A stretch of DNA of 64,000 nt from Takakia lepidozioides (GCA_030704615.1 CM060734.1:55924001-55988000); one strand, 5' to 3'; shown: positions 1-13,919, numbered from the stretch's first letter. Notes: generated by a model not told the origin, from the letters alone. Translations and numbers: made by a program.

Positions 1-1
1 C

Positions 2-274
2 GCCCACACTCTGGCATCAGTTATGTCAGGTCTGTCAGCCACCATCCTGAGCTGCCCTGCTGATGTAGTGAAGACACGCATGATGAACGCAGATGTGGGG
101 GGTACAACCTACCGCAACTCGCTTGACTGCCTGGCCAAAACTGTGAAAGCAGAAGGAGTAATGGCTTTGTGGAAGGGCTTTTTCCCCACATGGACCAGGT
201 TGGGTCCCTGGCAGTTTGTGTTCTGGGTTTCGTATGAGCAACTCCGCCGCATGTGTGGCCTTTCCTCATTCTGA
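2..274 (+). CDS. Mitochondrial uncoupling protein (PUMP3/UCP3-like, SLC25 carrier), 3' terminal part
   Basis: Frame reads AHTLASVMSGLSATILSCPADVVKTRMMN...LWKGFFPTWTRLGPWQFVFWVSYEQLR. This has the carrier signature PxDxxKxR and the typical plant UCP3 C-terminus. Stop TGA at 272-274; 5' part lies outside the window. Confidence 0.9.
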   Translation, partial: AHTLASVMSGLSATILSCPADVVKTRMMNADVGGTTYRNSLDCLAKTVKAEGVMALWKGFFPTWTRLGPWQFVFWVSYEQLRRMCGLSSF

Positions 275-3200
275 TTGCTTGAATGGCCATGGCCTTGGGA
301 GAATTCTTTTTCTATGGCAGTGGAGAGCCCTGGGAGTTTCTCAGTTGAAACGATGGTTGAGTTAGACATGCCAAAGAAGGCCATCTCTCTTGCCCTCTTG
401 TTTGCCTGAAATGAGTGAAAAAGTCTTCTGATTCCAAAGTGCAGAAAGGAAAGATCAAACCTTTTTCAAGCAGTCTGTCTCTATCGATTGCACAATAGGA
501 CATGTTCTGCTTGATTCTACGAGGTGCTATGGATCACCTGCATAGAAAGCTGAGACTTTCTCTGTATCTTTGAAACTGATGATGCAACCACCACCAAGGT
601 GACCCCCCCATTCCAGTCTTACAAAATGTCCACCAACGGCAATCTCTTATGAAAAACAAAACAATCCACATTCATTTTGTGAGTTGCAATGCAAATTTAT
701 TTTGTCATGTGCAATCCTGGACCGGGCAACATGAGTATTTCAATTTGATCCACAAAATTGTTTCACCACATGAACAAGTTTGTAACCTATGGGTGATAGT
801 TGAGATAAGACATTACTGTGATCTTTTTCTTATCTATTACACAAACTCGATCAATGAAGCTGGAAGTGGGCTTGATTTTGTTGGCTCTCCAGGGCAGAGA
901 CTTTGCATCATGTTGAAGTCAATGGAAAAAATGTGGTCAACGTACCTTACACCCCGTCAAGAGTATGATTGGTCTAAAAACGCTCTTAAGTATAAACCAC
1001 GCGGCAGCTTGTCAAAATTGTTGCTTCAATGGACAGAGCCTCTCGCAGTTACGGCTTATTTGTATAACACCCTCATTCACATGATGTAACTCCCTTGGAA
1101 TAGACCCGGGCCCTCCCTAGTGTAAAGAACTGCCACAAGAACTATTGGGAATTTTTGGCCAAATGTAATACAACTACAACATTTCTTACCAGTCGGTTGA
1201 ACCCTTAGAATCCCTTAGACTTATCTTCATGTTAGGAGCAGTGTTTTTTTAGCCTGGTGATTCGCAATTTTTTGACATGTGACTAATGCATTTTACCTAT
1301 ACAGGCGATATCATGGGTTCTAAATTCCTGCCAATTTAGAAAAAACTTAGTCATTCTAAAAGCATGTAGCCAAACGTCCGACTATGACAACTTGACATAG
1401 CCCCACTTGTGATCTGGAGTAGGTGAACACAAACATATATACGTGGCACCTCCTCCCAACCTTAGACCTCCTTGTCATGGCCTCTTCTACTTATCCTAAC
1501 CTTCGACATGATGTCTACAAGTAGGCATTACTAGATGCTTCTTTTATTGCAATATAGATAGGAATTGAGATGTACAGATCAGATTGCAGATAGGCTTTAG
1601 ATTTTGTGGGCTTCATTGAAGAGACATTCGATATAAGAAGATGGAGAGTGATCAAATGCGTCAAATACATACCAAGTACACACACTCCAGGTGCTCAACA
1701 TCCGATTTTTCTGATCTGTGTGGACTCTAGATTTTGCCACCATTGTTGGAAATGCAATGAGTTTTAGTCACTCATGATATCATGCCAACTATATATGTAG
1801 GTATGAATGTACCTGTTATTTGTTCGTGCAAAATGTCACATCCAACTAAAATCATACATATGGTGCTTTGTAAATACATCGGTGCAATGAAGTTTGTTAT
1901 TGGTTGAAAATTGTTAATAGGTTAGGTGCAAGGATACATTTTAAAGTATCTTTCAGTCAGATACGCTCTTAGTGTCAAGGCTTTAAGGAGACTTTAGCAC
2001 TTCCACATATATGTTATGTGTTAGTGTTAATAAATGTACACTCTCTCGCCCCCACCCCCGAAAAAAAATGTAAATAAAAAATGCAGAGGTAGGCATGGGC
2101 ACTAATCAACAGCTACCAGACATCTATGCAATATTTCTGCAAGCAACTTCGTTTCAACATTCAAACAATTTCTATGCACATTACCTAACACCAAACAAAA
2201 GCCTATATATATATATTCAACTAGCTCCTCTAGTCAACAACTTCCATGCATATAAGTTTATGACATTGTGTTAAAACTTAAAACATATTAAAATCTCATA
2301 TCCATTTGATAGACCTGTATCTTAATGCGTTTTGGTACCTTTGGACAGTTGGGTTTAACATATATAGGCTTTTGTATTGGTGCCGCACAAACATTTCTAA
2401 AGAACAATATTTTTGGTAGAAGCGGTGAAACTTTATCTCACAACAAAAATAATTGTATTGCAAACGAAATAGTTGACGCAACTTTTTTCCTGATTAATAG
2501 TGAGTCTACTCTAAAGATATTCCAAATAGTACTAAATTATGTGCCATCCTAATGATTATGGCTTCAAAACTTGACTATCTTGTTGGTCGTGTTGTCTTTT
2601 TTCTTCAAAAGGAATCGCTGATTTTTGGGACTCAAAAAGCTCACTCCATCTATTGTTAGCGTAATAGCAAGATACTTTGACAAAAGGTAAATACCTCTGC
2701 GCCCCTAATGGATATTTCCATCTTGAATTTTTTAACTAAAAATTATTTAATAATAATAATTCTAAATATAATTTAGTTTAATTAATGAGATAGTTAAATT
2801 ATTTCATATTAGTAAGTTTTATTAAAACAGTGGTATATTTCTCATTTTTTGGAGTTTTGTGTCTTATTTTTTGGAGGTAGAAATAGTACACTTGGATGAT
2901 GACATCCAATTTCATAGTGTGATATATTTCTCAAGCTATTTTTTGGGTCGTCAAATATCCAACATCATACATGATCCTCCTTACAACATCTTGTATATTA
3001 TAATATATATTATCATTAAATAAAATTGTATAATTCAAAACATCAAACTTAACCCTTCAATAATCTTAATAATAAAGTTCTCAAGGCCTACCTCCCCTTT
3101 TGCCTATATATATATATATATATAATTATACGTACCAATTGTTTACATAAAATCTTATTATCGATAGTGTGCCGTTATTTTAGTTGAATTTGTCGGCTCT

Positions 3201-4174
3201 TCAAGTCAGATTCTCAATACTTAGATCAGATTATGCGGATGGATGTAAACATGTCAGCCTGCAAAGATAAACTTCTCTGAACTCAACAACAATAAGTACA
3301 TATATAGTTTGGTCAGCTGCCTCTGATGAATATTTGAATATTGGCGCATGGTGTCAAAACAAGAGAGAAATGCAATAAGAACTATGGAAAAAATTATATG
3401 ACTCAAAATATACCTACTCAGTATGCAAAGAAGTATTGCGTCTTTTCTTCCAAAATTGTGAGTGTGCATATGTATAAGCACATATTGTTGTGATTTTTCT
3501 TGGGAAAGCAAAAGGGAGGGTGGGGTGGGTGGGGCGGGGCGGGTTTAGTATGATGTGTTAAGACGATAATTGGACGATTCATCCTAGAAACAGGAAATCT
3601 GCACGCAAAAACAGTGCTTGGGCAGCGGAGAAAACTCTGAGGAAAGCCATGGTTATTTTCTATCCCTCTTTGTTGGCCCCGCCCCTGGGGGTTTTTGACA
3701 AGTGGCACAGTTTTGGATGAAACATGGATGGATGTAAACCAACCATCAATGGAAGATCATAACCATGACCTGATTTCCTTTTTTCTTTTTTCTTTTCTCT
3801 TAAGGAAAAGGAGAGAAAGGATTATTGAAGGGAAAAAAATAAATGTATGGAATTCATGCAAGCCCTGCCGTATAGTAATTATGAATAGGTAGTAAAAATC
3901 TGGAAGATCACATAATTTGTCTAAATATCAAGGTAACAGGATTTGAGCCCTGAATCACCCAGTGGCACGCACGGTAATATCCAATGGACTTTCATTTATG
4001 GCATGCACAAGAAGTTGAACGGATGTCATTCATTAGAAGACAGAATATTCTCTTGACAACTGTCTCGATCGAATTGGAAGTCTAATCGAAAGTATCGGTG
4101 CTAAAGCAAGTGAAACCCATTGCGTAATCCTTCCTTAGGAAGGGAGGGCCAAAAATTGTGATTTGTGCTACCGG

Positions 4175-4330
4175 AGTGTTTTTTTTTTTTCATATTTCCA
4201 AAATCGCTGGGGGGTGTGAATTCCACCCAGTGCCCATGTGGCGAGAATATCGAGGTGACAAAGTTGCTATATTCCAGGTGTCAGGTTATCATTGGTCCAC
4301 GGCGGCCAAATTAGGCTCCAGAAATTTATC
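4175..4330 (+). repeat. ~155-bp dispersed repeat, copy 1 (upstream of alpha-CT)
   Basis: agtgttttttttttcatatttccaaaatc...cccagtgcccatgtggcgagaa.atcgaggtgacaaagtt...ctatattccaggtgtca.gttatcattggtccacg...aaattaggctcc recurs in the same orientation at 11412-11579. Confidence 0.85.
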
Positions 4331-5027
4331 CGGGTGCTTTTTGGCGAAAATCTCAGCCCCCCATAATTCCTTTGTACAAGTAGCTGACCGATTTTTCGCC
4401 AGAAAGAAAAACGGGAGTCCTGGTGTTCCCCTTTTTCAGGAAAAGAATAAAAATAAAAAATAAAAAAATCCTCGTTTTCACTAGACTAAAGGGCTGAGTC
4501 AGTCACGGGCAGCCCAGGAGGACTCCCCTTTTCTCTTGAAATTGTTCTAAAAAACAAATCCTCCTTTTTGTTTTCCTAATACTAGACTGAGTCGGGCCGC
4601 CCGGAGCTCCCTTTCATAATTTAAAACAAAATTGAAAAATATTATTTAAGAAAACAAAAAAAACAATTATTTAGTTTCATTGCACAAAAATTTGGCCGTA
4701 TAAAAAAAACTAGGCTAAACAATTGTTTTTAAAAAAAAGGACTAGGCTTACGAAGCATATGATACGGACACCTGGACCGAACAGAAAAGAAAAGAAAAAA
4801 GAAGAAAAAGAAAAAACAAAGGGGTTTGTCTGTAGCATAGAGGCAGCGTGGTGATCTCCGCCTGCGCTCTTCTCTTGCCTCTCTCTCTCTCTCCCCTTGT
4901 TCTTGTCCTCTGCCTCGCTGCTGCCATTTGGGACAGTTAGCACTGGATTGCCAGCTGCTGCGCGCATTCCTGGATCTCTATCAATTTCTAGGGAGCGGAG
5001 AGGGGATTGATGGGAGGCGCAGTGGCA

Positions 5028-8000
5028 ATGGAGATGTGTCTGCGTGCTGGATGCACTGTGGATGTGCGCGCAGTGCATTCTGAGAAAGGACTATTGCGAG
5101 ACGGGAGGGTTGCTGCTGGTGTTGGCGGGGATCAGTTATGTCTGCAGTTGTCGAGTGCGAGAAATGGCATGGCTCCGGAAAGGCAAGCATTGTTTGCTAC
5201 GAGGAAGGCTGTCCTTAAGCATTCGGGGGAGCGTGAGCTTACCATTTCAGCTAAGATACGCAAAGGCAAGAAGAGTGCAGAGACGGAGTATCCATGGCCA
5301 GAGAAAATGGTAGTAGGAGGCGAACTGGAAGGTTCTTTGGCATTTCTCTCTCGATTTAAGCCATTGCCAAATAGGCCCAAGCCTGTGACTCTTCCTTTTG
5401 AGAGGCCCCTTGTCGACCTGGAGAACAAAATTGACGAGGTTTGTTCTCAGTTCACAATCTCTTAAGGCTTTCCCGATGACTACTGTGTTCCTCATCAAGT
5501 ACTAAACATATGCTATCCCATTTCAAGACTGCATCCCGCCGGAGTTATCAGAATTATGCCTGAATTAGGGTTTAGTTTAATGTGTTCACTTTCTGCTCAG
5601 GCGTGCCAAATATGAGAGCTAGTGTTTCTTGATCTATAGTATTGTTTATGGCTGTTAGGTGAGGGAGCTCGCAAACAAGACTGGCATGGACTTCAGCGAA
5701 CAAATAAAGGAACTCGAAGAGAAATACGACCAGGTTACTTTAAAACCTGCTGAATCTTTAGGATGTGCAGATCCTGGCATCTGGAATGGCCATCCTTCAC
5801 TCTAATTTTCATTTTACAGTTTTGCCAAGCAGATTTCAATGTATCAGCCATTGACTTCATTAGGTGGTTGAACACTCCTTATCTCAACAGCTATTCCTAT
5901 GTGCACCATGTACTTGGAGAGTTTATCCTCTGGATTGTCCTCAGTTCCTAGTTTCTACTTCTATCCTGCACCAGGATTCCTGCAACACCCCCAGCTGCTG
6001 GCAAGATCCTGATAGTGCCTAGCCTTGGTATTTTCCTGCTCAATGCTGTGGATGCGAGGCAGTCAGCATTGGTATATCTATTGTATTTGGATGATGACGG
6101 ACTGGTGAGTAAGTCAACAATCGCAAAATGGGAAATTATAATTGTTGTTGGGATGTTGCATTTCAGGTTCGCCATGATTTGTATTTGCAACTGACTCCAG
6201 TGCAGCGCCTCAGTGTGGCTCGCCATCCGCACCGACCGACGTTTTTGGACCATGTGTTGAACATAACTGATAAGGTTGGTGGGTCACTCTTTCCACATGC
6301 TGATGTGGAGATGCTTTTGATGTCCCACATTACACTGACTGGATGCTTTCCAAGCGAGGTTGGACACTTTGATGGTGTTTTTGATATTGTCTGGATGCCT
6401 GGAACTTTGTCAGTGGGTGGAACTTCATGGAGACCGAGGTGGATATGATGATCCAGCTTTAGTCTGCGGCATTGGAAAAATTGATGGTATGAGCTTCATG
6501 CTCATGGGTCATCAAAAGGGACGGAACACTAAGGAGAACATCTTCCGCAACTTTGCCATGCCAACTCCTAATGGGTATTCTTTGACCCCAGCAGGTTCCT
6601 TTTGTGAATGGCAGAAGGTATCCAGGCTATGTTTGGTTCTTGACCCTACGCCTCTTTGAATGAGAGTGTTGTCCCACGGGTCCCTTATCTGTTTGTATTT
6701 GTTTATCCTTTGTTGCGGCTAGTATCTGTGCAAACTCTGTAGACCTTTTCGTTATTGGGTTGATACAAACTGCTGGATTTATACAGGATTGCGTAGCGCA
6801 TGTGTTCGGAGGAGAGTAGTGTTGTTGGAGTGTTAGGGTATAGAGGTTGGCGATGGATGAGCTCACCGCAAAGGTGTTCGTGTGGTGCCCTCTTCCAATT
6901 ATGTCTTTGCTATTAATGCTTTGGTTGGGCCAGACTGTTTGTGATTGTGACCTCAAGTCTGATACTTGATACTGGCATTGCTTGAAAGTAACAGCTGCTC
7001 AAGAGAGATAGGAAGCCTGTATGGTCTACCTTCGTTCGGGATATTGTCTTGTCTGTCTCTTTCGTGGTTAGGTAATGTGGTGTAGAGGTGATATGGCAGG
7101 TATCGGAAAGCATTACGGATGATGCGACATGCTGATCATCATGGTTTTCCTATTCTATCATTTATCGACACTCCAGGTGCCTATGCTGGCATCAAAGCCG
7201 AGGAACTTGGCCAGGTATGGTGGCAGCATGTTGTGTAAAAGCACTTTTCAGTCATTGAACTTTCAGTGTCATAGCTCTTTTTTTATTCCACTGTAAACTT
7301 CTTGTGGGTGCAGGGGGAGGCCATAGCCCACAATTTGAGAGAGATGTTTGGCCTCAGAGTGCCAATTATTACGACTGTCATTGGTGAGGGTGGCTCTGGT
7401 GGTGCGCTGGCTATTGGCTGCTGTGATAAAATGCTTATGCTTGAGAATGCCGTGTATTATGTTGCAAGGTATGTTCAGCGTGTCACCAAAGTCATTTTTC
7501 TAAGTTTTTCTGGTGGAGTTTTGCAGATTTAAATTTGGTAGAAATTGCAACGTTTCCAGTTAGCCAATGCTGTCAGTTTTCCACTGCTCCACTGAGTTCT
7601 TGGTGCTATGTGGGCACCACACCAATATTAAATGGACATAGGGCTTCGGCCTGCTGAAGCACATTGTTCACTTTCAGTACATGAAAGGCACTCCACATCC
7701 GTGACCTTTCTGACCAAAAGAGAATCAGTTGGGCCTAATCACTGTCATGGCTGATAACAAAGTCCACAGCTGTTTTAAGCTGCTGTTATTTGACTCTCAC
7801 TCATTGTTTGGTGTGACTGTTGGCTGGTGCAGCCCTGAGGCGTGCGCGGCTATTTTATGGAAGTCTGCAGCAGCTGCCCCCAAGGTTGGTTGCTTCTCTT
7901 GCCATTGAAGCCTTGAGAATCAATTCAGTGCCAGATCTGTCAAAGACATAACAGGTGGTTTAAACAGACTGAAATCCTTTCTGAGCTAAGGATGCCTGCA

Positions 8001-10122
8001 ATGATCAGTGGCACCTCTCGTGCTGATGGTAGAGCATTTGATGAAGACAACTCTAAATGGATCTGGAGTCTGTCATTTAGTGCAGAGAGGATGTCTTACT
8101 TGAATTTGTGGAGATAAAACAATTCACTGAGACTTGTGGGCAGCTTACCCCCTGGGATTACTCCTCGGTTGGGGGCTGGAAGATGGACTAGCAGACATCA
8201 TGTAAAACCAGACATTTGCATCCATGCCTCTATAATGATGTATTGTATCTCCAACTGTGCACTCAACGTAAACATGTTGTTACAGGCCACAGAGGCTTTA
8301 CGCATCACTGGAATGGAGCTGATGAAGCTGGACGTTGTTGACGAGGTCATTCCGGTATGTTTCACTGAACACCTCATCCAACAACCGAATTATGTATGGA
8401 TGTTAAATCTAGTGGAAGTAAGTTGTCTGGCTGCAAGAGTTGAGAGGGGTTTGTTGGTGATAGGGGATTACTGGTGCAGAGTCTCCTTAAGGGCTGAGTC
8501 CTGCCTTTCTTGTATCATTTTGGGCATGTAGGCCTTTATATCTTAAATTGGAGGATTAAATACCACTTTCCTGCTTTCTTTGTCTCCGAGGTGCCAGAGT
8601 TTTTGTGAGTATCCTACAATTGGCAAGGCATTGTTGGAGTCCTATGCTTGTACTTGTGTGGACATCCTTGCATAGAAGTTGATTGCAGTTTTTGTGGTCT
8701 TGAAGCTAGCATGTAGCAATGAGAAGTGGTGCAATCCAAATTGTGACTCATGAATCATAATCTAATGGATTGCAGGAACCATTGGGGGGTGCTCACTCGG
8801 ATCCAGTTCAAACCTCCAAGAACATTAAGACAGTAATCATGAAGTATTTGCACGTGAGTGATTTCTTTGGCCTGATTGAGTTTATCTTTGAGCTTAAACT
8901 GTTAAATCCATGATTAGGGCTTTAAGGAACCCCAGCTTTGAGACTGTATGCAAAGATTAGTCTGGGCATCTTAGCAACCTTGGAGGCTCTTTGGACAGGA
9001 TGATGTGATTGTCGTTTGAGATACTCAGCTTGCAAGGTGGACGCCACACCTGGACCCCAACAAACCGAGAGTGCCGCATCACACCAGACTTACGAAAACA
9101 TCAAGACTTTAGAATGTGCACGTTGTTTGTGGTAGCCTTGTGGCCATAGACCCCGCAACCAATTTGGGCGGAACAAGAGAGAACAGACACTACCTTTGTG
9201 AGGGGCTCACTCCAGTAGTGGGCTTACCTCAATATAAACAATTAGTTTGGGCTTTCCAGATTTCCTTCAGAAAGCCCTTCACACAAGCATCAATCTGCCG
9301 TGTGTGAGCTTCCCAGCAATTAGATCCCAACAGGGCCAGGGCTTTAGAATTAAGCCTTGAGATTTTGAAAGTCGGTGAACTAAGGTTCAGGGACTATATT
9401 CTTGATGGTCCTGAAGAAGGTCGCTCTCTGATGAGAAAACCCCCGTAGATTGTATCAGAACATTGATAGTCTTCAGGCAGCCCACACATTGGGCGTGACC
9501 ACCTCCCTTTCCTCTCTGATTGTGTTAATTGTTCAAATGTAGACTTCGCACAATTTCAGTGGAGTGCCAAGTTTAGGTAGGCCCTTAAGGTCCTCACCCA
9601 TGTCTGGAAACGAGTACAGGGAAGTTTTATGCCTAACTTCGTCCAAACAGGACTTTGGAGTGATAGTTTGAGGCATTCTCAAACACGGTTCCACCACCTC
9701 ACACTGCCACCACGCCCCACATGGAAGCCCCAGAAACAAGTGTCCTAAAAGTGAAGCACTGAGATCACCCAGACGTTATGAATTGAGACCGGTTTTGTGG
9801 GAATACCTCAGCATGTATCATAGTCACAGCTCCGCAATTTATTATCAGTAGACTGATTCTGACTGCATCTTTCACATGACAGGACTTGATGAAGTTGGAC
9901 CCCGAGACACTGATGCAACAGCGGGTGGCAAAATTTCGGAAGATGGGGGCTGTTGAGGAAGGTGTGGAAGTTGACCCACATATCAAGCGGAACATGAAGA
10001 AGCGGGACGCACCCCTTGAAAATGAAGACCCAAAATTGTTGCCTGATGGCCTCCAACAATCTCTGGAGTTCAAGAAAGAGAACCCAAGTCCTGTCAATGC
10101 CTCTGCCAACAGCAAGGAATAG
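5028..10122 (+). CDS. CAC3: Acetyl-CoA carboxylase carboxyltransferase alpha subunit, plastid-targeted (10 exons, ~487 aa)
   Basis: GT-AG exons: 5028-5438, 5659-5733, 6167-6274, 6414-6574, 7100-7214, 7314-7468, 7833-7884, 8286-8354, 8776-8853, 9883-10122, with consistent phases. Motifs [71 protein letters not shown]. Alternative ATG at 5010. Confidence 0.96.
9110..9760 (-). mobile_element. Degenerate 3' fragment of LINE family A in alpha-CT intron 9
   Basis: Contains gtagccttgtggcca.agacccc and acacaagcatcaatctg, as in the ASPM-intron copies. Minus frame [22 protein letters not shown] matches KTSLNLFPVSDMGEDILDDLKGLPTLGT of ORF 55373. Confidence 0.85.
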
Positions 10123-11411
10123 AAGGCTGTATGATTTGTTCGAGGAAGAATGAAAACTCTTGAAGTAAACACTGCATAATTCTTGTGGAGCCCTTACAGC
10201 AGTTGTAGTTCCTGGCCTCATCTCTCTGGTTCCAATTTCCCAATACACGTCCTTCAATTTGGAATGGACTGTAATTTAGTAGAGACCCGATTACCTTAGC
10301 GTTGCCCATAGTTTTTTCCAATCCTGTTCTGCGGTATACATAGGACCAACAATTTGGTAGTTGGCCTGATGCCATTGATCCTCTTTGTGAGGCTACCTTC
10401 CTTTGGTAGCCTTTTTCTGTCAGGACCAAGAGATGTGAACCATCCACATCACCACAGGGTTGGTTCACCTGCAGTGCGGCCAATGCTATTTCTGGGGCAA
10501 GTGTCATTCCCACGCATGTATGAGCATGGGAACTTGCAAGGGGTGACCAAGAGATTTGTGTCAGGCTGGGTTGAAAATAGAGTATGTAGCAGAGCAGAGA
10601 GTCACGTTGCAGAGGGAGTAGTTTAGTCACAAGAGATAAAATAGTAGGCATGGAGGCTGAGTTGTAATATAGGCATCCACAATTGGAAATATATTTGCCT
10701 GACTTTGCATCTAGGATGTCCTCCATGTCTATGCTGTGACAGCAATGTCTTCAGGGTGCAGATTCCCATGAAATCCAGGAGATCCACAATAAGCAGGGAT
10801 CATCTCAACCTTCATGCCTTCGGAAACCATGGATGAAGGTTCAAGTAGAGACAGCAGTCTGTCTGAGGCACTACAAAACATGGTAGGTCTCACCTGAACC
10901 ATGAAGATATCCATACTGTTGCAACCACGAGTCTAAGCCCATGTTTCTAGATGTCAAGGTTCTCTAAGGTCACGAGTAAAAAAACATGTCCAGCTTCATT
11001 GAACTCAGTTGAAATTGCCTTACTATATACGTGAGTACCTACTGTCAGCCCAGTCTGTCTAAACATCTATGGATACTGTTAGAGCAGGTTTGAGTTGTGG
11101 CTTGAGAGGGTTCTTTCTGAACCTCTACCATTACACAAGCTGGGCGGAGGTCAAAATTATACACTGATTACTGTCACTAAGCCCTTTTCTCCACACAAAT
11201 TACAGCCAAATATTGTACGCTGGTTTGAGCAGATTCTAGTGAGTGAGTGACCCAACCCCTGTGAGTGACTATTTAGAATCTAATTGTAATTCCAGCCAGC
11301 AGTGCAATAACTCCGGAGGGAAAACAATATGAATAATGTAAGAACTTAATGTACGCGTGCAATCTGATGGGTTTAGGGTTTAGGGGTAGGGTTCAGGCAG
11401 CGCATAGTGGC

Positions 11412-11579
11412 AGTGTTTTTTTTTTCATATTTCCAAAATCCCTGGCGGGGCCACCTGTGAATTCAACCCAGTGCCCATGTGGCGAGAAAATCGAGGTGAC
11501 AAAGTTAGAAAAGTGGCTATATTCCAGGTGTCACGTTATCATTGGTCCACGTCGGCAAAATTAGGCTCCTTAAATTTAT
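11412..11579 (+). repeat. ~155-bp dispersed repeat, copy 2 (downstream of alpha-CT)
   Basis: Direct-orientation copy of 4175-4330 with small indels. Preceded by telomere-type ggtttagggtttagggg (~11370-11386). Confidence 0.85.
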
Positions 11580-12119
11580 GAAAAACCGTCACAAAGTTAT
11601 CTCAATAGATTTTAATTTTTGTGCCTAAAAGTCTTTTTTTGCGACTCCTAGGGGTCGCAGCTGAAGATTGCGATTTTAGTACTCTATCCCATGCGACCTG
11701 CAACCCAAAAAGAACATAAAAAATCGATGCTTCTATGGGAGAAAGATGATCTCTCTCTCTCTCTCTCCAGATGTGGAGAGAGTTGTCAGTGACATAAGTG
11801 CTCCTGCGGTTATATATATATATATAACCGGATAGATAACCAACTGTTATTAGAGACAAGAATAAATAACCGCCCAACATTGGTAGTAACCATGTTTGGT
11901 ATACCTTCAAAGGTATAACGTTTGATTTACAAAGAAACTTATGTAAATCAGTCTATATTTATGTAGAGGTACCGTGATGAGGTAGTAGCCCTATTTGACA
12001 TACCTACAGAGGTATAGGTCTGATTTACAAATAAACTTAGTTAAGTTGGTCTATATGTAGGTAGAGATATCGTCATGAGGTAGTAGCCCTGTTTGGTATA
12101 TCTACAGAGGTATAAAATT

Positions 12120-13200
12120 TGATTACTAATGAGACTTATGAGTACTCCAATTTGCAAGCAATCCAACACAATATTTGAGCACCCAATTATATGTGGAGAC
12201 CACAGTTCCTAACTGTTGGTTTTGATGGGGTTTCAAAGAGCTCAATTTGCACTAATGATGCACAATGATTTGGTGTCTTTGAATTAGAGATTTGATAGGT
12301 TACATATCAAGAAAACATACCATTCGTGTTGTTGAAACCTCTGATGCCAATGCTTCATTCGCCTGCTCAAACTCTTGGAGGTGCTTCTCCAACTCCCTCT
12401 CATCCCATGAATCTTGGGTGTGCTCGTTTTGTTCATTCATTGGCAAATGCATCTCGGGTAATTTCTGTGATAGCACATTTCTATAAGCTTAATCTCATTG
12501 CCGCCCATTTATTGACCCTTTATAGTTTTTTTGGTTGTCGGTTGAGATGAGTGGATTTATCAACAAATAGAACAAGGTCATCTGCATAAGCAACTGCAGG
12601 AACGTTGTTGGGTGAAGTAATGTATTGGTATCCAATGACACCGCGGTCAAACCATCTTAGAAAAAACTCCGAAAAGACAATAAATAGGTATGGGCTGAGT
12701 GTACCTCATTGTTGATTGTTATACGAGATGTATCTCCAAATTAAGGTCTAAAATATGTGGTCGTATTGCATATGTGTATATTGCCAACGAGCATAACTGC
12801 ATTCTGCGAGTATCTAAGTCAGACATGCCGCAAGCATGCGGGCAATATGGTCAATGGAGCCAAATGTATTTTTAAAAGTATGTCTTGATGAGTAAATTAT
12901 CGTGCATCTTCTAGGAAGATTTAATAAGTTGGATTTAGGCTAGTTGTGCTTTTTGCAGTTCTAAATCCTTATTGTGAGTTACTGATGATGTTGTTTTCCA
13001 TAAGATGTAAGAAGAGTGCCGGTCATCGGTGTTGGTGCATAGCTATTTATACATGGTATTGGCGAGAGCTGTAGGTCTATAATTGCCAAGTTGAGTGGGG
13101 TTATCTTTTCTAAAATGAGTATTGTTCTACTATTTTTCCAGTACTTGGGTATTTTGTGAAGTATTTGGCTTTGTTTTATCTTTGGTGTGAAGAAACATGC
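12120..13200 (-). pseudogene. Decayed non-LTR retrotransposon reverse transcriptase (Dualen/RandI- or R2-group-like)
   Basis: Minus-strand fragments in RT order: PTQLGNYRPTALANTMYK (~13050-13100), FKNTFGSIDH (~12848-12880), GTLSPYLFIVFSEFFLRWFDRGVIGY...AVAYADDL (~12574-12706). Many stops and frameshifts; not in the ORF track. Confidence 0.85.
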
Positions 13201-13279
13201 TCATGATCATCCCTCTATTATTCACAACAGATGGTACAATCAGCCTCATACTAAACCAAAAAATAGACCAAAAATTGAT

Positions 13280-13553
13280 TACCTTAAATTAGCTAGTTAT
13301 CTTTTTTGAGTTGAGCATAACAAACAAAAAACTATACATCATTCAATATATCCTTTATTTACCCGGCGGGGTATAGAAAGGGTAAATCATTTATCCTTAC
13401 CCGGTCAAAAGTATTGACCTTTATCCTTTACCCGTAGGCTAAATAAATGGACATATAAATAATTTACCCTTACCCGGAGGATAAATAATCCTCTGATTTC
13501 TATTTACCCTTATCCGGAGGGTAAGAAAAAATCTATTTACCCGCACAACACTG
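13280..13553. mobile_element. Non-autonomous hAT-like element end with tttaccc/ggataaa subterminal repeats
   Basis: Ends ...acccgcacaacactg (reverse complement CAGTGTTGTGCGG, related to the TIR CAGTGTTGGGCGG of the 38855 hAT). A homologous segment lies at 31570-31934. The other end and the TSD were not identified. Confidence 0.6.
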
Positions 13554-13919
13554 GTTTATACCACACTAAACCTTCTACATGGATTACTGGCATGGCTTCC
13601 TATGAGTCCCTTTTGTTCATATTCCATGCGGCACACCAAGTGGTATTTCTCTTTGTAAAAGACAGTAGTTGCGTGATACCATGTCACTGACATCCCGTAC
13701 GAACTGTGGATTCAACGAGAAACAAAACCTAAACAGCCAAAACAGAATGTGAACAGTTTATTGCAGTATTTTTTTTTTTTTCCAAATTTTCGCCCTCACT
13801 GAAATCTCTCTCCAACAGAAGGACAAACCTTTCCAATCATCACGACTTGAATTCACACTTTCAGAAGGTGCTGATGTAGATGACGGAGAAAGGTTGTATT
13901 GTAGTGCACCTCAATCTTG

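Noticed and set aside
649-3900. Short ORFs in the AT-rich intergenic region
   Set aside because: No recognisable homology; probably decayed TE or intergenic DNA, and no termini could be defined.
10094-10726. 210-aa antisense ORF overlapping the alpha-CT 3' end
   Set aside because: No recognisable domain or composition bias; lies over the 3' UTR; likely chance.
11868-11883. Isolated hAT-like TIR (aaccgcccaacattg) as a complete element
   Set aside because: No partner TIR or TSD found nearby.
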